64,000 bases of DNA, from the NCBI RefSeq assembly GCF_009914755.1, contig NC_060932.1. One strand, written 5' to 3'. This stretch comes from the human T2T-CHM13v2.0 reference genome, Homo sapiens. This document shows, one piece after another, positions 54,559 to 64,000 of the stretch (its first letter is position 1; the number at the start of each line of letters is the position of its first letter). Under the pieces are notes generated by a model, which saw nothing but the letters and a program-made list of their open reading frames with translations, had not been told where the DNA came from and did no database searches. Both the position numbers and the translations under genes were made by a program.

Positions 54559-56908
54559 TATCCAGGTCCCTTATTAAACTCAGGACATACTTCTGTGACC
54601 TTTGCATTCTTTCAATTCCTTTGAATACTTGAATCATAAAATTCTATACCTCAGAAATAACATAATTTAATTTAATTCAAGACCAAATTTTTCAATTGAG
54701 GATGCTAAGGCCCAAAGAGGTTGAATGATGACCTGATGATTGGCAGACTGAAAATCACTTTAATTTGGTGATTATTAGTAGATTAAGTCAACAACATGCT
54801 TGTTGAAGACAGTAATAGAGTGGTTTGGTTGCTTCTTTGCTCTTGGACTGCAAATAATGAATTTGTTGGTGATTTTTACACGTGACAATGAGATAGTTTA
54901 AATATGATAAGCTGTTTCTACTCATTGAAATCTAGAACACCATTTTCCTTATAAAAATCCCTTTTTTTTCCTCATCTGTAAGTGGGCTCCTAGTGGAAAG
55001 TAGCTATAAATGATTTTCATTATAAAGTATCCAGATATCTGGTAAGTTAGGCCTAGAATGTAGGTCTCCCCCCAGAGCTAAGGGGGAAGAGGAGAAGGGA
55101 GGGAGAATGGCAGTGGGTGGGCTCGGCATGGAGAGGGGCTCTGGAGGACGGAGAGCCACACCCCTCCAGTCTTGTTGAGCCTGGCCTCTTCTATAATAAT
55201 ACTTTCCTGGAGGGATTCTGAAGAATATCTCCTTGAGGATTTTAAAGAAGATGGGAAGAGAAGAAAAAGTAACACAAGAAAGAAGAGGGAACAAAGATGG
55301 AAGACAATAAAACACATCAAAGAGAAGAAAATATATCAGAGGCAGACATTTTGAGGGAAAGATTGAACAATGGAAATGGATGTTATGTATACATTTTGGA
55401 GGGTTCTGCATGATATAGAAGGTCTAGCCACATTTTATTATGTTTTTTTCATGAATATAAGTGTTCATTTAGGAAACAGGAAATAGCTAACCCCAACTCG
55501 TCCTTTATTTATTAGTATGCAACTTGTTAGATACTTCTTACAATTTTTGCGTGACCTTCCTCTAGACCATTAATTTCAAGAGGGCAGGGAATAATACTTT
55601 TCTGCATCCCCTGAATGCCCAGCATGGTATCTAGCATGTTATATGCCTGAAATAAATGCTTGCGGATTGGTTGGTAATTTTACTTTATTAAAAACATCTA
55701 CTTAAAAGAATTGAGTTATTTTTTGCTTATCTTCATCATAATTCTCTATTTTGTTTGGATTTTTATAATTAGTGTGTGTTGCTTTGAACAAAAAAGAATA
55801 ATTTTTCTTTAAATATTTTACATCTCCAAATTCACTGAATACATAAAAACAGAAAAAAACAAATGAATGAACTAGTAAGCAATCACTAAATGTAAAATTA
55901 GGGAAATTGCCATCTTTGTTTCAACATAAAAGTTCATGTAACTCACATAAAGTTGAGAGGTCTCCTGAATGTCAGATACAGAGATAGTAAAAATGCTCTT
56001 CATGTCTACTATAAATGTGTATTTCTTGCCCATACTGCTTTGGTTTTATACTTAAATTATTAAAAAATACAGATTACATCAATGTGCAACATATTCAATC
56101 TGTTTTAATTTCACTGAACCATTAATGTTACACTCAACATGATACCATCCTATTTTATAAATGTTAGAAAGGAGTCTTAAGCATATAAAAATTATTATGT
56201 GTATATAGGATGTGGCTATAGTGAATGTAAAGAAATCTTTCTTAAGATATGTTTCACAATGTGGTGGTCCTGTGTTGTCTCTCGGTTCTTCTCTCAATGC
56301 GTATGAATCAATATTCAAGTTTCAGAGCTGGGCACAGTAATTCTCCAGCTGTAGCCTTTATGACTATGTCTATAATGTGCCAAAGGTCTTTCATATAGGA
56401 GGTGTTAAGTAGAGTTGCTTTATTCTCAGATATGCTAAGTCACTGCTGTTTATAGAAGTATCCAATACTTCTTATTACAATATTATTGGTGATTCTGTAA
56501 TCTTTGGGCTGCCTGCCTGCTCTTTTATGAACTCCCAAAACTTTTTTATGAGTTGGAAAAGAGAGTGAAGAATATCAAGGGGATGAGTGGAAGGCAGGTA
56601 GCTAAGGAAATAAGTAGAATCCCTCAGAGCTTCATTTCTGAGAACTGATTGCTTGTTATCAAGAGTAGGAAAAAAAACCCAACAACTTCCTACTTGCTTG
56701 TCTCCCCTACTAGTCTACGTGCTCCTTGAGGATGGGGTCTGTGTCTTATTTACTGTTTTGTGGCCCAGAAACTGCACAAATTTTAGTAAATATTTTATTG
56801 AAGCAATATATAAAGGTAATTAACTATTTGTTTAGCATCAGGATAGGCTGTAAATAAATGGAGGTAAAGTTCCTTTGGAGATAATTCCAATAACTTATTA
56901 CTGAGCTG

Positions 56909-57320
56909 TGAATAGGGGTTGGGGTGGACATTGTGATATGCTACCCAGAACTCCCTTCAAGTGCTGGGAGTGTTGCTGCAGCCTCACCTGTGAGGCCCCA
57001 TTGAAGGAATACCTGGGCTGAAGACAGCTGTGTCCCCAAGGAGGTGGCATCCTATGACTGATCAACATGGGGATATAAAGGCCCAACGGTCTCACTCAAA
57101 ACTAGAGACATTCCTGAAGGGTCATCCCAGCTTCAGAACTCACTGTAGGGTCAGCTGATGTCCCCGTTGAGACTGTGACACAGCCCAGCTTCTCCCTCTG
57201 CCCAGATCTATTCTCTTCACTTCTGTCCCGGGGTATTGATCCCAAGAGCACTTCCTAATAAACCTGCTCATTGCTACTCTTCCACTCAGATCTGCTTCCC
57301 AGGGAACTCTACCCATAACA
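56909..57320 (+). mobile_element. LTR16-like ERVL solo LTR
   Basis: GATATAAAGGCCC TATA-like box, CCCAAGAGCACTTCCTAATAAACC and CTGCTTCCCAGGGAAC...ACA motifs. Confidence 0.65.
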
Positions 57321-60300
57321 GGGGACTTTACATCTCTCTTTTATTTCTAGCGTAATACAGAGACTTTGCCTGATGTTTTGGAGTAAGTTGAAATCCCTTG
57401 CTGTGGCTCATTTGGCTACTAAATACTAGGCACTGTGCTGGTGACCACAGTCACCACTAGTGAGAACCATATAGGGAGGCAGATACTTTCAAACAACTTT
57501 TCCCCTGACAATTTCAAAGCAGGAGATAAAAACAACAATAAAGCTAAGTACTAGTTGTGAGGAGAGTATACATGAAAGGCAACTTCATTAGTGATACAAA
57601 TTATATCACAGTGCACATGAGGCAGAATTCCTAACTTTTAAAGACAATCATGGTATGTTAACATTCTTGAACATGTATTAGCCAAGCATTCATTTTTTTT
57701 TTTCACTTGAGAACCAGAAAAACGTTTTCCCTAGCCAGTGAGAAGTGAGTCCAGGAAATTTGAAAGGTAAATAACTTTATCAAAAATGTAAAGCTCTTTC
57801 AGTTTAATAATTTGAATTTGACAAATTATATAATAAGTGGGGGGAAAGGCTTGGCATTCAGAAGATGGGGTCGATTTTGTAGTAAGTTATTTTTATATGT
57901 AACAATAACTGCAAATACATTTGTTGAGTTTTTACAGTGTGCCAGGGTCAATCTACTTGTTCAATATGTATTATTTGATACTGATGATCATAACAACCTT
58001 ATGAAGTTAATACATTGTCATCCTTGTTCACTACCAAGGAAACAGAGGCTCAAAGAGGGTAAATGGCCTGCTCTCACATAGATTGCAGTTGGAGCCAGAT
58101 TTGAAGGCAGAGTCTGACTTTCTTGGCTTAGAGACTCTGTCCCTTACCTTCATCACCCTCCATTAAAATCCTCAATCAAAAAAGTATCCCTAATAAGGGA
58201 ATTTTAAAATCAGATTTCATTGTCAGTCATTTCCCAAAATTCTGTGGTGGAAAAGTAGTCTTCCATGAAAAATTATATTCACTATGGCTAAACTCACAGG
58301 CTCAAATCCCACTGCAGATGAAAAGAGGGAAAGGCTGGAGAAGAGCTTGCTTCCCTGGGAGGGTTGTTACAGTTTTAGGACTAAAATAGCTTTTAGGTCT
58401 GTTTTTCAATGGATGCACTGACCTGGACAGATAGAAACAGTAAGAATGGAGAGGATGGTAGGTTCTCACACATTGCCAAAAGGATCAGGTGAAAAACTTA
58501 TAGATTTGACACCCATTTAAGAGAAATACCTATATTTCATGTGAACACCAGAGAAGAAAGCTCTATTATCTGCTAAATCATTAAGTCTTCCTTTTTAATT
58601 ATTTTAATCAGCCTTCTTTGCAGTAGAGCTATTAGTCTGAATAAATTCGGAACATTTTTTTGACCATCACATTATTTGTTAAATTATCTCAAAATTTCGA
58701 TGCTCCTGTCTTGAGTTTGTGTTAACAATCTCGTTATTTCTAAACTGTATTTGTGTGGATTTTTAAATCTATTTAAAGGCAAGAAATTAGAAAGTTCAGA
58801 AAGAAACATATTTGTTTCTAGGTAGCAAATGCATGTTGTTAGAAAGTGTCAGCTAACTTTGTCACGTTAGAACTTTGAAAGTTAACCATTACATTTTCTA
58901 ATCTTTTTGAATGACATCTTTCAGAGACAAACCAATTTGGCCTGTTCCATCAGGGACGCAGACCACTGCATGAGTATCATTTGGTTTACTTTGATTAGAT
59001 TTTGATGAGTTTGTGAGTATAACTATTAAGTAAGCATAACATATAAGTAAATCCATCTTCCTTTCCCTTTGAACACCAAAGTTAATGTGTGCTTGATGTC
59101 AGTAGGTAGATTATTATAAATTGTAGAAAACATAGGATTTTGCATTCCTTTATAGCTGGCTAGAATTTGTGTATTTGTGTTCTATATTATTTATAGGATT
59201 TCTAAGCAAGTGATATATGTCAAATTGGAAAAAGAAAGGATGAACTTCATTTAATACAGCTTTCTGGTTACAGTAGAGAGCAAAATATAAGTTCAGACAT
59301 TTCCTACTCTCCCTTTCCACATTTTCTACATGTAATCTGTAACTTTTAATTTCTATTTCCCAATTATTTTCAGAATTTCTCTTTTCTTCACTCTTAACCA
59401 TCACACAGTGAACCAACATGCATATGAACTATTGAAGCAATCTCCTATTTTTCCTCCTATTCTCCATTTCTCTTCTCTCAAACTAATGCCCTCTTCCAGA
59501 CCCCTTACTCCTATGTCTTGGCTGATAACTAAGATTAATGAAAAGAGTTCTAAAATCGGAATGAGATCTAAGTCTGTATATAGAATTTGTCACTCCCTGC
59601 AAATGGGACCTTGGATACATCATTCGACCTTTTCGGGCTTCAGTTTCTTCATCCTTAAAATAAGGAATGTTGGCTAGTTCTTCCCAAGAGTCCCATCTAG
59701 CAAAAAGTTCCATGTCCTGGAACACTAAAACCTTCCAATCAGTTTATATGTATCTCATTTGTCTCCCTTTAAATTATTTCTGCTTCAGCTGATCAAAAGT
59801 TCTGCTGAAATTATGTTTCGAGTGCTTTGCCCAAATAACTTCTCTGCAGAACACTTTGTGCATCCCTATTCATCCCAGATAAACTTAGAAACTTGCCATA
59901 AGTAATCAACCAACTGAAGCTTGAAAAGTTTTCCTTTTAATGCAGAAAATGTACAGATTATTTATTATTTTAAAAAAGGCAGAATAGTTTGGGGGAACAT
60001 GGCTGGGTTCTGACTGTTCTACCATTTATTTCTTACTTTTTCTGTGACCTTAGGCAAATCCTATTGAAGCTTCACATGCTATAACTATAAAATAGATCTT
60101 CATTTTATATTTAAATTTACTTAATTTTCTAGTTATGATGATCAAATGAGATAACATATTTGAAAACACTTTGTCAATTTTATTTTATACAAATGTGAAT
60201 TATTTTATTATTTTTGTTGCTATAAAAGCTTCTCACTTCTTTATTTCAGACTTCATCGCCTTCTCTGTCCTCTTCTGTTACCTATATTTCTATATCTTTC

Positions 60301-62024
60301 CTTCCACAGAAAGCCTTTTCTTTCCTGTAACAGTTCCTTATCTAAAACTTCTGAGGAAATTTCCTTCATTAAACCTCCAGGACAATGCGTCTGCTAAATG
60401 GCCTCTAACCTCTCATTCAAAATAGCGCTGAAATAATAAGTCATAAATGATTAGACTGTATCACATAAAGTAAAACCGGGATTCAAAACATGCTCATCCA
60501 TTTTATCCTTATAAAAATGTAAAATCCATGTGAATCAGATCAATGCCTTTTACTGCACAATCTAGTATCACTGAAGAAATGAAATTGAATAAATAGCTGA
60601 GTCCATTGGACTCCTTCAAGGAGAAGTATGTTAAATGTAAGGTGACAGGTTTTCCTTAACTAGGATTATAAAGTATGTCAAACTCTAAAAGAGCCAATCC
60701 GTAATTTCACTGATGTCATATTTCCAAACTAGTTTTGAATAATTAGATTTACCTCATCTCATTTATGTTTAATTTAAAAGTTATTTTCTTATCCTTGATG
60801 GTTTCATACCTTGATTAGTTGGCCTATATGTCTATCTGTAAGTCCCATTACTATTATCTATTTATATAGTAATGAGTTACACACGGGTAAAGGGGAATGT
60901 ATGTACTCCAGGGAAAATTTTTAATTACAAAGATAATAATAGTATGTCCTCTCTTAACTCTATTTGTATCAGCTGTTTAAAAATAAGTGTATTTCACACT
61001 GGCATCACAAGTGTCCTATAAGATCAATTATTTGAAAACCAGGTTATTTTTCTGAATCAAAGGTAAATTATTACTAAATGTTGTTGAGATCCAGAATACT
61101 TCACAATCTAATACACTGAGAAACACTATATAAATAACATAATTATGTTATGATTTGGCATATTTCAAATTATGACCTAATTAATTTTTCTGGACAAAGA
61201 CTTCCACCCAATTTCTCTAATAGGCTGCTGAGATAAAGAAAGAGGCTAAGACACCACAGGCTGGAAACGTAGACATAAGGGAAGCAACAGCTCTTTCACA
61301 AATCTGAGAATGCAGAAGAATTGATGCATAATCAGTTTTGCTTCCTTGATTCACAGACAAAAATAAGTTGCCCTTAATAGGAAAAGTCACTGTGAAAGGA
61401 TAAGATGTGACACCCACAGTTTTAACTTTCAGAGATTCACATGAAATCTGTACCTATAACAGATCATAAAATATTCACTCACTCTAGTTAAATTATTCTG
61501 TTTTTACGAAGGCCAACTGTCAAACCAGGATGCAGCTTTTTGCCATGAAAAATAAGGACTGTAAATATTTCACAGGGACTGCAAACATTTTATTTTATAT
61601 TTTAAAAGTCAAGTCTACACTGTTAAGTGATAAGAAATACTGATGGACCATGTGCTTAGACACTGTATGGAAGTGGGGCTGGGTAATGGAATGTGATTGA
61701 TACTCATGTAGAAGTCAGGGACTTGTTCCTCTAACTGCACCTGTGCCAGCAAATAGCTGTATGACCAGAGGCAAACAATTTTGTTTTTCCATGGTCTCAA
61801 TTTTGTAATATATGAAATTTAGGCCCTGGGTTAGGAATACTCTTAGATGTTTTTCATTTGTGAACATTTTTTAACTTTATACTTCTGAACAGAAGATAAT
61901 GTATTACTTAGGTAAAATAAACTGTACTGAATGGGTCTTGCTATATCTTACTTGACTTGAAGACAACTTCAAAATTGAAACTCATTTATTAAAATTAAAT
62001 CAGAAAAATGCATAAATTCCTTAC

Positions 62025-62099
62025 CTCTACAATTCCTATTTTTCCATCATCTCTTTGCCCATACTGATCCACAAAAGTTTTCATTTCAGGTGATAACTC
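62025..62099 (-). CDS. CALB1: CALB1 exon 3 (75 nt)
   Basis: tttag|GAG...GAG|gtaagg; [25 protein letters not shown]. Confidence 0.98.
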
Positions 62100-64000
62100 C
62101 TAAAATTATATAAAAGCAGGTAGGAGGTTTGTTAAAAAAATACCAGTTATGCTTGTGATGGTGTTAATAACTTACTGCAAAGAAAAACCAAAATTAGAAC
62201 CATTTAGAAATATGCATAATGATTAACTATTCTCAAAAAAATTAAAGGCATAACTGATACACAGTATTTATTAGTTCCAAATGAAAGAGTTGTAATCATG
62301 ATTATTTCTCAATTAATATGATTTATCTTCTATTATTAATTTTGAGACTATGCTATCCTTTGAAAGTGTAGTCAGAATCATTCCATTCATAACTTTTAGT
62401 GAATTTTAACATAATCATCACCATCAATATATTTTAAACAATGCTTGCTTCATTAAAGATTACCTTATATTGCTACACTATCTTGTCTTACAACATTTTT
62501 CTCATTCTAACATAATGTTTTATCTATGGAGAGTAATATATGTTTTCATTTTGAACAAGCAAAAAATGTGAATGTTAAAGATTAACTCACTTTGTAAGCA
62601 AAGATTGTTTTAAGCATAAAAGAGGCATTCATCAATTAAATAAATTTAAAAATTAAATAGATTAGAGAGCTATGAACTATAAACTAGTGATCTGAACATA
62701 GAACTGGTATTCAGGAGGTTTAATTTTTACCCTTGGGTCTCCAACATAGCCCATTTAAAATAGCCCTGTTGCATTAGCTGAAGCCTATTTAAAATAGGTC
62801 AGCCCTTACTAATGTTCTATTCTACGTCCTTGGGAAAGCAAATTAAGGTCTCGGTTTTCATCATAGCTAACAAGATGGTGGTATTATCTACCACACAAGT
62901 TTGCTTTGGGGATAGATAGGTTAATATAATTAAAGGGCTATATTGAGACTAAATATCATTATTACTAGTATTTATAAAAGCCGTTTGGAACCAATGTAGA
63001 CATCTTTAGTTGAACTAAGATAATAAATAATAACAAAGCAATATAATTATATTTTAGTCTTTATAAAACTTACTATGGATAAATTACAATTTGTATTTAT
63101 CTAATTTTGTTATAGAAACAATTGTAAGAAAATGAAAGTGTTCAACCATGGCAATAGTGGGAATATCAGGTCCTACAGTTTTTTTATTTTTACATACATC
63201 TTAACGTAAACAAAAACCAAAGCATCTGTCCTTAAATTTTAAAATGGTGTAATACCACTACTTTCACGAGCAGACTTGACATTTACTTTGTGAAGTTTCT
63301 GACAAGTATGTCAAAATCTATTTTTTAAACAGTGCAAAACATATAATCACCACCAATTAAAAATGTATAAAAATGAGTGCAACTACAAAGACCAAACACT
63401 ATGTTTAGTGTAAAAGGATAGTTTCTGAAAATATATTGCATTGTTATATTTCATTAATGTTATATTCACCTAGTGAAAATTTTGAAATTTCATGTTATTA
63501 ATACGAAAAGCCAAACAATGTTTCCATTAATGCAATGAAATCTGTTATCCTATGGCTAGAAATGCAAAAAGCCTGGTTTATAAGGGCAATTTTTATGTTC
63601 TAAAGAAAGAGAAGAAATATATACAAGTAGGTTTAATGCAATGAAGTTAGTAGTATAATGAAACATGTATCTACTATATGAAACTCTGAATCCACATCTT
63701 GATTTAGATTTTAACTACCCAAATCAAGAAAAATACTAAATTCAGAAAAATCCAGATTGTATTTACATTCCAGAAAAATGCTCAAGAATCAAGGTATTAA
63801 GCAACTTGATATAATCCTATAACTATGCTTGTTTAGTATCATTACATTATAGTCTAATAATTGGAGCTTTGAATATTCCAAAACAGAGAAAAATAATTAA
63901 ATTCTAAATCTCCAACATGAAGATATTGCTTACAAAAAGGTACAAATATTAAAATCAGAGGAAGAAAAATATTTTTTTAAAGTTCATGAATATTTAAATT

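Noticed and set aside
55004-55411. 135-aa ORF on the CALB1 strand within intron 3
   Set aside because: It arises from a biased purine/pyrimidine tract, resembles no protein I know and lacks convincing splice sites.
57429-57450. RE1/NRSE-like GGCACTGTGCTGGTG in CALB1 intron 3
   Set aside because: Spacing is wrong and the GCTGAA half is missing; the context looks like an L2/MIR remnant.

Overview
Human (primate) genomic DNA, not microbial. It holds two convergent genes. On the + strand are coding exons 2-10 and the 3' UTR of DECR1 (mitochondrial 2,4-dienoyl-CoA reductase); exon 1 is upstream of the window. On the - strand are coding exons 3-11 and the 3' UTR of CALB1 (calbindin-D28k); exons 1-2 lie beyond position 64000. 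All 18 exons were read from the sequence, have GT/AG junctions and splice in frame. The rest is intronic or intergenic DNA rich in transposon relics: Alus (one AluYa5), three L1PA copies, older L1M, MaLR/ERV solo LTRs, hAT DNA transposons, MIR and L2. Nearly all long ORFs in the supplied track are L1 or Alu fragments. I see no CRISPR array, RNA gene or unrecognised gene system. The most notable unexplained signal is an inverted L1PA pair bracketing DECR1 exons 6-8. The two copies are about 99% identical in one tract, with shared non-consensus variants, but only about 89% identical at their 3' ends, which suggests local gene conversion. Repeat subfamily calls come from remembered consensus sequences and identity counts were made by eye.
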